45,765 nt of DNA. Origin: Paraphysomonas bandaiensis (lineage: Eukaryota > Protista > Chrysophyceae). The notes below the pieces were generated by a model. That model saw nothing but the letters and a program-made list of their open reading frames with translations. It did no database searches and was not told the origin of the DNA. Of the stretch, positions 12,401-20,600 are shown in pieces (the stretch's first letter is position 1; every line of letters starts with the position of its first letter). Location: NCBI GenBank assembly GCA_965644295.1, contig CBFFRP010000417.1, forward strand, positions 1 through 45,765, given 5' to 3'. A program made the position numbers and the translations under genes.

Positions 12401-14375
12401 ACTGAGAGAACTTGAGATACCCTGGAGATCAGAATGGTCTGATCTTTACGGCTTAGCTCATATTTATTCTATCATGCAATTGTTGAATATAAATATCATT
12501 GGTGAACCCATCACTTCGCCTTCGAATTCCTGTATTTCATTAAACACGATCGAAAAAAAGCTTCAATCGGCTCGCAAAAGGACGAAATGGATATCAGATA
12601 AGATTCTGTCAAAGTTTGAAGTGGGTCCTACTCAGGTAGATTATGCAGATGTAGCACTACTGCAGGAGTATATCCTCGAGCAATTGTCTCCAATGACCAG
12701 GTTTGTCATTAAAAGGGATTGCTTCGAAATGGACCATGTTACCCCAGGGCGATTAGGATTTTTTGGGTGGATCACATCTTGGGTGTCTGTGTTTTCTATG
12801 TGGGGATTTATGGCGTACTGGTCATTGAATTGGACATTGACGAATGGAGTTAATACCAGCAGTGCTTGGGGTTTTGTGTTGTTAGTTGTATTTCTTGCAG
12901 ATGTATTGGTGAATGAAACTTCACAGATACTAGTTTTTGACATTATTGTGGTTGATAAAATTCGACCACAATTGTGTGATATATACTATGTTTTGCGGGA
13001 AGTGTGGGAGACAAGGGTTATGAAACCTTATAACCCTAGGGATGACATCCAAGTCGTTCAGCATATATCTGCTGCATGTCGTGCTGCTCGAAATCCTGCG
13101 TTGTCGTCATTAATGTCTGCGAGAATTTTACAGATGCTCAGTGATATCGATGCCATCAAATCACAGCGACGTCGAGTTGAAGGCATATTTTCTCTTGGCT
13201 TTTTGGCGACGATAGCCCTTTTTATCCCTTCCAAACTCTCTGGGTTTTACGACTTAATACAACAGAGTACTCTCGATATAACCGTGCCAATAATTTGGTG
13301 CAGCTTTATTCTTTTGAACTATATCATCAAATTGGTATCCCCATTATTGCTAGCTGCGTTGTACATCTTTGCTGCATCGGTTTTTGTTTTTGTTTTCTAC
13401 ATATCGAAAACCTATTGGTATCAGGAAAGTGTGGTCAAGCGTTTATCACATACTGGGGGACAGTTTTCTCGTTGTGCGTACGATGGCCAGATCGCAGCTG
13501 CGTGGTGTAGATGTAATAACACGAAAGGCGGTCTCTACAGCGATGTAGAAGAAATTGATCCCTCCCAACTTATCAGAGACTTTGAGGCGGGCGTGTCTGA
13601 CAGCGGTATGGAAGAGTTATCGCAGGTTTCTCCATATTACGAGACCGTACGGTCTTCATCATTGTTTGCTCGCATGATGTCTGCTGCCAACGCCAAGGAA
13701 CGCATAGTGACTCAACGCTCCGGATCTCCTCGATATGCAGAATCACCGCGGTGGTTTTCCCCGCGCTTTACGAACTCGCCGCGATGGGGTTCTCCACGTT
13801 CTGGTTCACAGATGGCGTTCCATCCTGACCAAAACTCGCACATAAAATCCGAAACGTTATTACACCAGATGTTCGATCGAACAGCATCAGATGGCTATGC
13901 AGAGGGAAGCAAGCTGGTAAACTTGTGTGAGAGAGTGCTAGCATCGATGAGCGTTCTCATCGTAGAAGGGCCACTCTCTGCAGCTGAGTTGGACATGGTT
14001 CTTAACTTACTGCCGAAATATTCTTGTGACTCCAGTGTTGCTGATATTTATAAGTGTAGTCTCGACTGGTCTAGCTTTCTTACCTGGCTGGAATCCGCTT
14101 TGGAGCATGTGGATGCTTCTCGACTGAAAGATAGGGCCAAGGCTTTAAAATTTATGTTTGGGGAGGCTAGAAGTGAAATTCCTGACCGGGTGGTGGAATC
14201 GGACAGTGTTTGCAATGAAGACGAGGGTGCGGGAGATAAATCTAGTGTAGATTGTAATCGTATGTCTCAAATATCTGCTCTGTCTGCAGAATCCTTCATG
14301 GACGATTTAGATCGATTTACTGACGCTGCAGGCATTTCTTGCGAGAATGAGAAGTGCGTGTCATCATCGCCCTGA
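1..14375 (+). CDS. Giant polycystin-1/REJ-like multi-pass cell-surface protein (>4787 aa, 5'-truncated by window edge, intronless)
   Basis: Single open frame to TGA at 14373-14375. Ser/Thr/Pro (PT) stalks; two copies of a ~330-aa beta-rich module; REJ-like region (VVVDASQSSGSGGR, VNSPPVGGTFFVAPESG..FTLAASYW.D..D.P..YRF); Cys-rich EGF-like stretch (CKALNREEC...CGPCLKGF); GPS-like CxxxxCxxxSY...VTFVC; ~8 hydrophobic segments with PKD1-like context (HHKLVRIF..RVIRF; AWGF...ADVLVNE). Confidence 0.8.
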   Translation, partial: APTLCPTLSPTFTPSNSPTSSPTLSPTVSPPFVFSPTAQPTSCTPRLENSTDVYDMINHVKVTSYWLESGFVGVDDQEWVTVSTVLTSFENVVVFVSLPNIAGETSSDGFPAIARVRNVMVSGQVSFETRIYQANDSYCSKEWRVPTAISEPLPLSWMVVEQGAFNLSGHYFMVGSGLITRQDSDVTNSDNFVRFNYPTGCVSPNVSCLFEEEDKIGIILQLQTVVYDRILIPRGFNVKLRFARVVLQPHDSVDESYYTMLSPETLAFMAFETGLAISCVEKWTFETHFYASVTHIKLHIDFEYFYEVPPGIYGTIGTSTSLTDSTGLRAFDRTSSSASLITQEDQCVDEETMHTTQEEVFVMVVGESKSVQGCVICRALFTADTTISPTSIPTTITVPPTRSPTSTPILLPTLPPTISPTLFPTVLPTLSPTSAPTLCPTLSPTFTPSNSPTSAPTLCTTLSPTFTPSNSPTSAPTLCPTLSPTFTPSNSPTSAPILSPTFTPSNSPTSAPTLCPTLSPTFTPSNSPTSAPTLCPTLSPTFTPSNSPTSAPTLSPTFTPSNSPISAPTLCPTLSPTFTPSNSPTTAPTLSPTFTPSNSPTSAPTLCPTLSPTFTPSNSPTSAPTLSPTFTPSNSPTSAPTLCPTLSPTFTPSNSPTSAPTLSPTFTPSNSPISAPTLCPTLSPTFTPSNSPTTAPTLSPTFTPSNSPTSAPTLCPTLSPTFTPSNSPTSSPTLSPTVSPPFVFSPTAQPTSCTPRLENSTDVYDMINHVKVTSYWLESGFVGVDDQEWVTVSTVLTSFENVVVFVSLPNIAGETSSDGFPAIARVRNVMVSGQVSFETRIYQANDSYCSKEWRVPTAISEPLPLSWMVVEQGAFNLSGHYFMVGSGLITRQDSDVTNSDNFVRFNYPTGCVSPNVSCLFEEEDKIGIILQLQTVVYDRILIPRGFNVKLRFARVVLQPHDSVDESYYTMLSPETLAFMAFETGLAISCVEKWTFETHFYASVTHIKLHIDFEYFYEVPPGIYGTIGTSTSLTDLTGLRAFDRTSSSASLITQEDQCVDEETMHTTQEEVFVMVVGESKSVQGCVICRALFTADTTISPTSIPTTITVPPTRSPTSTPILLPTLPPTISPTLFPTVLPTLSPTSAPTLSPTMSQTLTPTMAPTLTASSFPTLLPTSFPSTNPTLTPTSVPTLSLTLRPTSAPTVSPTRSPTLSSTSTPSSSPTVVPTSSPSANPTVSPAYQTLSPTSIKTIIPTLDPTLSPIRPSPLSPTTSPVVLPTNIPSNEPTMVAVCPSSFPRFCPTLIPSMSITVEPTCGPSDSPVIFHTSSPTISVSFSSEPSARLSSATTTPTAVPVMTPTIQPTNTPSSTGGIGETFSPTAEPVMTPTIQPTNTPSSTGGIGETFSPTAEPVMTPTIQPTNTPSSTGGIGETFSPTAEPVMTPTIQPTNTPSSTGGIGETFSPTAEPVMTPTIQPTNTPSSTGGIGETFSPTAEPVMTPTIQPTNTPSSTGGIGETFSPTAEPVMTPTIQPTNTPSSTGGIGETFSPTAEPVMTPTIQPTNTPSSTGGIGETFSPTAEPVMTPTIQPTNTPSSTGGIGETFSPTAEPVMTPTIQPTNTPSSTGGIGETFSPTAEPVMTPTIQPTNTPSSTGGIGETFSPTAEPVMTPTIQPTNTPSSTGGIGETFSPTAEPVMTPTIQPTNTPSSTGGIGETFSPTAEPVMTPTIQPTNTPSSTGGIGETFSPTAEPVMTPTIQPTNTPSSTGGIGETFSPTAEPVMTPTIQPTNTPSSTGGIGETFSPTAEPVMTPTIQPTNTPSSTGGIGETFSPTAEPVMTPTIQPTNTPSSTGGIGETFSPTAEPVMTPTIQPTNTPSSTGGIGETFSPTAEPVMTPTIQPTNTPSSTGGIGETFSPTAEPVMTPTIQPTNTPSSTGGIGETFSPTAEPVMTPTIQPTNTPSSTGGIGETFSPTAEPVMTPTIQPTNTPSSTGGIGETFSPTAEPVMTPTIQPTNTPSSTGGIGETFSPTAEPVMTPTIQPTNTPSSTGGIGETFSPTAEPVMTPTIQPTIVRESPLPTLYSTSRPSCIFSNLTEYVGNGTSGSDLVFNFILTDESSFEDGATRWKSFVDNDLTVPFALDYYVIEVWGIKAFISDDDVLEGSVIECFHSQCFDVVLVNEIVGAIVNSRNMTVECGNSTWKAVNGNLFVDSDNYPCAVASRSNKFVAVPERQHSCYSEGSAAYSVSGTVALKVREVVPASVPKIHSVLSTIVADATSVVVAINVSFSRFGGTVCVGAFASDTKLSTLSSGAVKYQGHCSAKSIKSLDDSWEIVTITVDGLDALQTYDFYVSGADSFGNIGPLDQKVVSVTMPCCKEVVFIGKSPLSVPSMLHEYDMLLAHELEIYTVGIELSSSPDQTTVISLNFANNFTAVANVTSIPAFIEFVPGKSNRWGYFLVHGMPGSYRMSIKISGPGSSEFTVSEAIEIELLDEWSKFPPPSLSGASFDNSGGLVHISLNSPSDFGISILGSADEMWECTKLLAFKGDSSAACMWSSASAITVYLKYLDSSEPYINLVTPGDNISLRSGILRSYCPSSVECDSQFAEGSTVTVTAGHNTITPNVVLYAPDVVYSCDDVVVDASQSSGSGGRMWQTIEWKVVAADGGSVDNFLSTLTAQSDLSMPITVPSHLTRETTYYVSLGLRNFIQNASDPLEFVTVVIAVRSDTALSINISGGSYFVLRQSSPLHLRTQLFISTCNNSKSSIAGIADIAAVSLTWKVYENLRYTDSILSTSSNPSEFKVDGSVFTAGSLYKIYVIVRSVVDGTELEKSSVISVYSVNDDASALISDGVSALFVHPDSELILGAEPTAVDGATYIWTCVATSSIMFGYECIDTIGTLSVVRTNSYLTLPSGTLNANTTYRLTLMITSDVAGRSSTSSRVFRVSTGSYSSPLHWYTSVKSNMSIEILTDSFSNVVCPSRPFEINSRIHSSYSEGVNASWSVLSLGSNRNVLDPSVSYSNNDRHLPFSYVYNGANFPLGLNPHALAIGGAYTFRLAVDITTVDFIYTDITVNVNSPPVGGTFFVAPESGESFETVFTLAASYWTDHIDDHPIHYRFAYQMSTDFDDTQSYSVISAWGRKSFVYTTLQSGLSADNYSLVCGVFVADVWGSKTLSQYTVQVLKSSRESNRSNVVVQLEDIAFSADSTLFLTNLSGALNTLQQAASYLGILNRPNCTLAPYCKALNREECETVSHTCGPCLKGFTGVFGDDNSMCLNDSLTGGNVGDVCSNNDDCLYGRCSNGSCVMPVKTCPLSLVGGSVCSDNGVCLFKDLHGNTIEEELCTVDNTNCIAACDCSTGGGKDCGLSNSELSMRSRIRGQLCGTLESMLPYVSDSDFRTEASVRLLSQIYDTYEVSTTESWAQCNGALEAVFSSLATSGTKYVSKFIITDALVTVSKYFQSHFYEYAGSNMVDWAVAILKDTVLADMLAGQTPIVAFSDSLRLEFRQDFLNDLDGAVLETPATNEEIFYGTQVASISVPESGLNLCGAFEDYAKFVVHMWNMNPYDIDSDVIIQSSLMSITTRSTGGTLEDTSGVKNYSIVFPSLTRQEWNTSTPHCAEYDLFTQSARLCESCIIASYNADNVTFVCNDALDYFCPDTSSSRQVSSNIPDFYRSRRLQGGEEKVYFVQQVDDLVSSSRSGGTSSGLRSTPIVMTGIATFLAVILFGIFMLHMWDEFDRRVFVYNREDSAKKGRIFFDITAPFDERGLGALHAFPFLNELQEVRGRSLYSTKHIEENIGKEHDQHTTSFVFQDDKDSATMTSDIPSVTFSQLTGCVSDNRRDDVSLKISGKSRNDEDASDVIWSNVDVPVGDIQRMETSICGGEMGLHNSSFLRQNENVKSCDDPLPIRSGDIAFPSSSFLSYYTLGTRFWRAMKRHHKLVRIFTYPSIRRPRVIRFLVAASDLLFIVFVNCLFFGIFYPDNSHCQKFSSTTEATCLKDESRYESGKSLCEWNSEGERCGLRSPPLTVVFIIQVSMIVILISIIPRRIVQFILEKFCAKRPVMEDIGVNSSDFLSSEPESAVESKYFGSLTRKDEVEASIVTSQAWSDTEKSLAQSENPVYKYSYFDNMGESEEVNEFMDTTKVYFSTALRELEIPWRSEWSDLYGLAHIYSIMQLLNINIIGEPITSPSNSCISLNTIEKKLQSARKRTKWISDKILSKFEVGPTQVDYADVALLQEYILEQLSPMTRFVIKRDCFEMDHVTPGRLGFFGWITSWVSVFSMWGFMAYWSLNWTLTNGVNTSSAWGFVLLVVFLADVLVNETSQILVFDIIVVDKIRPQLCDIYYVLREVWETRVMKPYNPRDDIQVVQHISAACRAARNPALSSLMSARILQMLSDIDAIKSQRRRVEGIFSLGFLATIALFIPSKLSGFYDLIQQSTLDITVPIIWCSFILLNYIIKLVSPLLLAALYIFAASVFVFVFYISKTYWYQESVVKRLSHTGGQFSRCAYDGQIAAAWCRCNNTKGGLYSDVEEIDPSQLIRDFEAGVSDSGMEELSQVSPYYETVRSSSLFARMMSAANAKERIVTQRSGSPRYAESPRWFSPRFTNSPRWGSPRSGSQMAFHPDQNSHIKSETLLHQMFDRTASDGYAEGSKLVNLCERVLASMSVLIVEGPLSAAELDMVLNLLPKYSCDSSVADIYKCSLDWSSFLTWLESALEHVDASRLKDRAKALKFMFGEARSEIPDRVVESDSVCNEDEGAGDKSSVDCNRMSQISALSAESFMDDLDRFTDAAGISCENEKCVSSSP
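1310..2200 (+). repeat. Coding minisatellite of mixed 60-bp (PTLCPTLSPTFTPSNSPTSA) and 48-bp (PTLSPTFTPSNSPTSA) units
   Basis: Directly visible units. Variant units (SPISA then SPTTA) recur 324 bp apart (about 1694 and 2018), giving higher-order structure. Confidence 0.95.
4059..6188 (+). repeat. Coding tandem array: 25 identical 84-bp units plus a partial unit (PVMTPTIQPTNTPSSTGGIGETFSPTAE)
   Basis: Unit start cctgttatgacc at 4059 and last at 6159; 2100/84 = 25. No variant units seen. Confidence 0.97.
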
Positions 14376-14691
14376 ATTATGTGAAAGCATTTCTAGTGAG
14401 GTGTATGGCTATTGTTGTTATGTATCATTTCTTTCCTCAGTGATTGTAGTCGTCAAAATTACGTATTGTATATGCAGCTGTAGCTATGGTCCCATTCCTA
14501 TAGATTTAATATTGATAGTGCATTGTAGTAAATCTGCGTCCATTTTAATCAGCATTGTTGTTAGTTTTTACTAAATTTTGAATAATTAAAACACTGTCAT
14601 AATATATGTTTATATATTACTGTATTCGTCACTGACGGTTATAAACCAAAAATCTTAAATAGTATTAATTATGTATTTTCATAAGTAAAAT

Positions 14692-14833
14692 CAGGGCCTG
14701 GTAACCATTAATGGTAATGGCATTAATGGCCATTAATGACCATTATAATTGCCGGGACTGTTTTCATTAATGCCATTATAACTGCCGGGAACTGGACTAC
14801 CATTAATGGGCCATTAATGGTTATCAGGCCCTG
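14692..14833. mobile_element. 142-bp hAT-type MITE
   Basis: 23-bp TIRs cagggcctggtaaccattaatgg / ccattaatggttatcaggccctg (1 mismatch). Perfect 8-bp TSD agtaaaat at 14684-14691 and 14834-14841. Interior made of ccattaatg repeats. Confidence 0.93.
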
Positions 14834-15504
14834 AGTAAAATTAATCAACGTAGAATATGTAAATGAGCAATGAGCTTTGAGTTACAAGAAAGAGTTAAAA
14901 TGATTAATGATTAATCCTATCACTTCACATGAAAATGTGCTTAAAGGGCTCAAGTAGCTATATACTAAAAAGCCAGTCCGTGATATTTCCTACTGGTATC
15001 TTGGAACCGAAAGATTCAAAAAGATTGTCAAATTGCAAACGGATAAAGCGATGTTGAGTTCTGCGGTAGGTATTGTGCAATTAAAGTGAGTTAATAGTGT
15101 GCAATAGGTGAAATCAACTCACATAGGTGTAACGGGTGAATATAGGTACAAAGGAAATAAATTCTGTCACTCATGTGTGACTATATATGACTGGTGAACA
15201 GATGTTTACCAAATGTTACATGAAGATGTTGTGAAGTGTTGGTATAATAATTATAATTTTTTCTTGAAAGTACATTATGCGTAACAAAGCAAGGTTAAGG
15301 TCTGCGTGTACAGCAAGGTTAACTTCAGACTTCAGGATAATGTAGTGAATGTCTGATTATTAACTATAGGCGTTTAAGAGTCAGAACTGATGTAGCAAAA
15401 CTAACTAGTGCTTAACTCTGATGTCCTACTATGTGGCGCTGAGAAAGCTGCTTCTGCGCCACCACAAGCACCAAGGTGCAACCACTTTTGCTCGTTTTTG
15501 TTTT

Positions 15505-15598
15505 AGGTGAACAGTCCGGGTGCTTGACTTCAGTAGGTAGCCCAATACCCCGGGTGCCCTTGAGGTGGGCCCATTCCCTGATGTCTGTTTATTCGTCA
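15505..15598 (+). repeat. Dispersed repeat, copy A (inverted relative to copy B at 25490-25610)
   Basis: aggtgaacagtccgggtgcttgacttcag...gtttattcgtca matches the reverse complement of 25490-25610 with scattered substitutions. Confidence 0.85.
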
Positions 15599-16052
15599 CT
15601 TGTTACTACCGATCGAGCAAAGTTTTCTTATCGCCCAATATATATCAACGTATGACAGCATATTTTATGATTTATTGTTGGTCTTTAAAATATTATATTA
15701 TTTTTGCTGGCAGTTTACTGCAAAATATTGTTATCGCCCCCTGATAGTCAGACATTCACTACTGGAGCCCTTTAACTTACGTAATTGATTTATTATGCCG
15801 TGAATACCGTGTGCGCAGTTCATAGAAATTGGTGATTAACAAAATACTGCTAAAAGGTATCAGTATTAATTACGTTGAGTTCGAGGAGTAGCAACATGAG
15901 AAAATCAATCTGACGTTTTCAGATTGTAATTACAACTAATTCGTTTGCAATAATGTATAAAATCTAGCTGATATTATACCGAAGGTTCCATAGAGTATCA
16001 CCTCACCAGTATAACTTTTAGTTCATGCTATAAAGTATATACCTAGCAATTG

Positions 16053-17435
16053 TCACATTCCCGCCAGTATCTCGTCAATATGATCTCTGTGAATTGTTCT
16101 TCCACACCCACAACATGACCACCACACCCACCAATCTTGCGCCAGGGGATCATAAAAGACCCTTGCCTGTCCTGCATGTGTGCTGACCCCTCCCTCTTCA
16201 TCCTGTAGGCTGTCGTGACAGTCCATCTCACGACCTGGTGCTCTGTTAATTCGGCTTTCGCACATTACATTCACAGCCCTGAACTCACTGTCCGCTATAC
16301 GTCGAACCACCCGCCTCTCAATATGCATGCGTCTTTGAAGAAGAGTTATCGGAGGTCTTCGAATATTCTCAGAACTTTCCAAAAGCGAAGAGACACTGGC
16401 GACTAGGGACGATGACGGAGCGGGGGAGTCGGTAAGGCAGGGAAGTGGGGCATTAACGGGTCTAGCCATAAGGTAGGCATCCTTGATCGACTGCGCGAAG
16501 GAGGAGTGTCCGATCTCGTTGAACACTCCAGTGGCATCGCCTTCGCAATCAGCAGCATACATATTCAAACAGTTATAAACGTGTCGCAATATCGCTTCTA
16601 CTCACCTCCAGCAAAATCGAGCATGGTTTCAGGCGACCCTGGGTGCTCCGACACGAATGAAGTGACATCATATATTGCTGAAGAGAATATATTAGCGCGT
16701 CATTTATGATGGATACTATCATCGGAATAACCTCCATCAATGCCTAAAACACACATTTCGGGTGTGTTACATCCCGCCAATACCCAATCCAGCCAACCTA
16801 TATTTTCCGCATAAGGGCAAGTAAAGTGCCACACATAACATACCGTATTCAAACTCGAACAAAAACAATTTCCAGCCCTGTACAGGAGGGCCCCAGTTAT
16901 CTAGTGGATTCCATAATATACCTCTGATATCAAGAATACCCCGTACACTAGGTTCCCGCCAGACTTCCCCATATCGCTGTATCCAGAGTTGCTCCCAAAA
17001 AAAATCTGCACTTAGAGTTTCCGCCAGTCTCGGACTCACACAAGAGAGGCGTGATATTTCGGCATTACTGAGATACGAGAGCATTATGAGCATAACATCC
17101 TGATTGAAATCCAGTGACCCGCGATTGTTTTGCCTCCCAGTTGAGGAAGAAGATAGCACATCACCCTGCAGTCGAGTCATGAGTTTGTCTTGTAGTCCTT
17201 TAACGGTGTTCCAGTCAGGTCGAGGGAGTTTAGTCGGCAAGTAACCCTTACGTCTCTTTCTATACGATCGATTAGACGACAGCTCTCTTCGAAACACTGC
17301 ATACATGTAACCTGTCAGTAGACAACACATGCGTATCGATGACATGCCTGTGATGAATGTGAGGATGAGGACGATAGTTGTTTCCAACACAGGCAGCTCC
17401 TTTAGAGCCCCTATACATACACTAACAATATTCAT
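16053..17435 (-). CDS. TM + F-box + cytochrome b5 heme-binding domain protein (4 exons, ~405 aa)
   Basis: Exons 17435-16844, 16797-16732, 16677-16606, 16540-16053 joined by GT-AG introns of 46, 54 and 65 bp give one 1218-nt frame. F-box: DFNQDVMLIMLSYLSNAEISRLSCVSPRL...DFFWEQLW. Cyt b5: CVLGIDGAIYDVTSFVSEHPGSPETMLDFAGGDATGVFNEIGHS. Confidence 0.85.
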
Positions 17436-17627
17436 ATGAAACTACAGGGATAATAATATAAAATAAACAACGATAAACAACAGAGAGAATTATGAAGATA
17501 TGAGAGAGATGTATCACTGTTCCATGTCAGGGGCTCATTGTTAAGATCAGTGACCACCAGAGCACGAATACCTCAACACACATTAACACCCACTGCTATA
17601 CATACATACATACCTATAGAGTACGTA

Positions 17628-20600
17628 GGAAGGCAGGTACCTATAATGGCCGGTTTACTTTTTTTTTTTTTCGGAATTGGCTGATTTTTATGTGTTGAAT
17701 CACATCAGAACAACCTTAAATCTTACTATAAACCATCCTCACATACTTACACAAGAACTAAGTTATATATAGTTATATCAGGTAGAGTAAACAGAAATCA
17801 CTGCTCATGATGACGTTGTCTGATCTGATTTTCATGCAGAATTGATCGAATATGATGCGAGGACGTCCACAACGACCCCGAATCACTCATACTCATACTG
17901 ACAGTCGTATGGACGAAGTCACATTGCCCCCATTGGGAAAAAGAAATGTTTTGGTTGAGGTTAAGCATGCCAAGCAGTATGGTGTGCTTCCAGGAAATGT
18001 ACCTCACAAGCGAGAGGTTAATTTGGTGTTAGAGTCTTTGCCGGATCTGCCGGAAGAGACGAGCAGCTTCCCCAGTATGAAGACTGAAAGGGCGATTCTC
18101 AACACAATCGCTAATATCCCTGAGGTAGACGTCAAACGGGGCTACAAAGTATATACCGTTGAGGAGCGTAGGGCAGGACTTATTGCCAGGGTAATAGATG
18201 GCAAGAGCGCTGAATATGTTCTCACGGAGTACGGTGTCTCTATCCGCACCCAGGGGCGGGACATGAACGCCATCAGGGAGTTGTATGGACTCACCACGAA
18301 GGAGTTCAATGTGTTTCGGAACGATTCAACGAACCATTCTGTGTTGCGGGAGGCCATCATGGAGCTGGATTACTCCCTGTCTGGTCCTAAAGCTTTGCTC
18401 TACTCCATTGCGGATCGGGATATAATGGCTACGAAGATGGACCTTCAAGATAAAGCTGGATATGGGTATGTACATGAAAGTGTATGATGTGTATGATGGC
18501 ATACAATGTACAATTTGTAATTGTTGGTGCAGATATAGCAATGCCCAGATGCAAGCCCTAGCCAGGGAATATTGCCGCGCCCATGCCAGTGCTATACGCA
18601 CTGCCAATGGAGGCGAGGACACCCCGGAGTCGGTACGCCTTGATCATGCAAAATGCAGTAAAACCTTTATTCGAGACAACTTTCTCAAGTCGTGCACTTT
18701 TGACCTTGGTGAAAATTGTTTGCCCGCTTTGACGAAGAAATCTGACCTTTCCTACAAGCGGGCAGCAGCGGCCTGCCCGACACGGGCGAGTACTATGGCC
18801 CGTAAGTTCATACAGCATCTCAGGGAGTGTATAGAGAAAGGGATCTTCCCGTCTTATGGGCCAGACCTGGAGGATATCGAGAACTGGGACGAAATTGGTT
18901 TCGACCCTTGGGGGCACGCCTTCCCTACCTTCAAACTCTTCCAGGAGCGGAGGGAAAGGCGATTCTCTGCAAGACACGGTGAGCATACATCCTTCTGGGT
19001 AACACTTCTGTATGGTATTCGCCCGGATGGGTCGACAACAAGACCCATCATCATTCACCAGGGTGGTGATGGCGAGGCGATGAGGGGACATTTGCACCTC
19101 AACCTCGACCCCACGTTTCATGTGGATTCTACTCCGTCGGGATATGCTGACCGGAATACCTTTCGAATAGCTGTATCGGAGATGTCAGCGTCAGGCAGGG
19201 CTAAGTGGGTCTACATTGATGGACATAGCTCACACTTTGACCCCAACTCTATCCGGCACGCTATTTCTCATAAAGTGTATATCAATTTCCTCTGTGCTAA
19301 CAACTCTGTTAATGACGCCCCCATCGATAACGGGCCCAATGCCAAGCTTAAAGCTGCCTATCGGAGGTGCTTTTCCTGGTGGAAGCACAGAAACCCAGGA
19401 GAGCCTATGATTGTTTTTCACTTCAACAAAATAATCAATCAGGCATGGAAAGAGTTTACCTCTGACCCCACGCTACCTGGTTGCATCAAGCATGCCTTTG
19501 CTAAGACGTTGACTTGGCCTTTAGTTGATCCCTTGGAGGGAGAGGAGGTGGCCGAGGTTCATAGAGACAAAGTGACATCTAATAGTATTATCTCTGGTGT
19601 GTATGATGTGGATGAACGGGACATGGACCGTAAGGCATCGGTGCTTTCGGCACCCAGACCAGTCGCTCTCATGGAGCCCAGCGAGGAGAACCCAAATATG
19701 AAGCGGGTTCGTTACCAGGAGGTCAAGCCTGGGGATATTAACTATTGCGTGCTTATTAGTAGTATTTCGGCACAGTTCTTCCAGTCTAGTTTTCTCGCTC
19801 CGGCACGTGAACAGGCCCAAGCGAGGGCAGAGGAGGCCCGATACAAGAAAGCCTCAATTCCCCGCGGTGCGTTAAGTGTATTGGACGTTGCCCTAGAGAA
19901 TGAGGTGAGGGGTCAGGATGCAGAAGGGGAGGGGGGAGGGGTGGACGAGAGGGGTGGTATGCCCAACACCACTACGGGGCACTGTGCAGTGCTGTCAACG
20001 GCCGAGCGTATTGAGGCCTACATGGCTCGGAGGGAGGAAGAGCGACAGGCTAAAGAGCGCCGTAAGGACGAAAAGGAGCGCCGCCAGATGGAAGAATATC
20101 ACCGACATGTTGAGATCGTGGATGCCCTTCTACTCCGTGTGCGCGACCAGCAATATGACTGGCGCACGGCCAATAATGATGCCCTGAGGGCAGCACTAAA
20201 TGTCCTTCCTAAGGCAACTACTCCTATTGATCCTGAGCTAAAGGTTGGCACGAAGGCCTACCTCATAGCCAAGCTCGAAGGTCCGATGTCTGACAAGTTG
20301 AGACAGCTGCACGGGGGAGTGGTGAGGGAGAGAGAGGAGGTTTATGTATCGGAATCAGACCGAGAGCCAATCGATGCGGCGTAGGTTTCTTGCTATTTAA
20401 TCGCGTACTTGCGAGTCTCTTATTTTGTTTTGACCCCACTTGGTCCTTTATTTTCTTTTGACCTTCTGGTCGGTCCTTTATTTTCTTTGGATGTTTCGCA
20501 TGATAAAGTGCATACAATTGTAATCACTTCAGCTCATGCAAAGTCAACGCATACATACCACAAACCAGCAGTACATATTCGTATCTACTTTAACTCTGTC

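Noticed and set aside
16767-16843. ORF-track C-terminus of the F-box ORF (GMLCVALY...)
   Set aside because: Read-through into an intron; the spliced model yields a cytochrome b5 domain instead.
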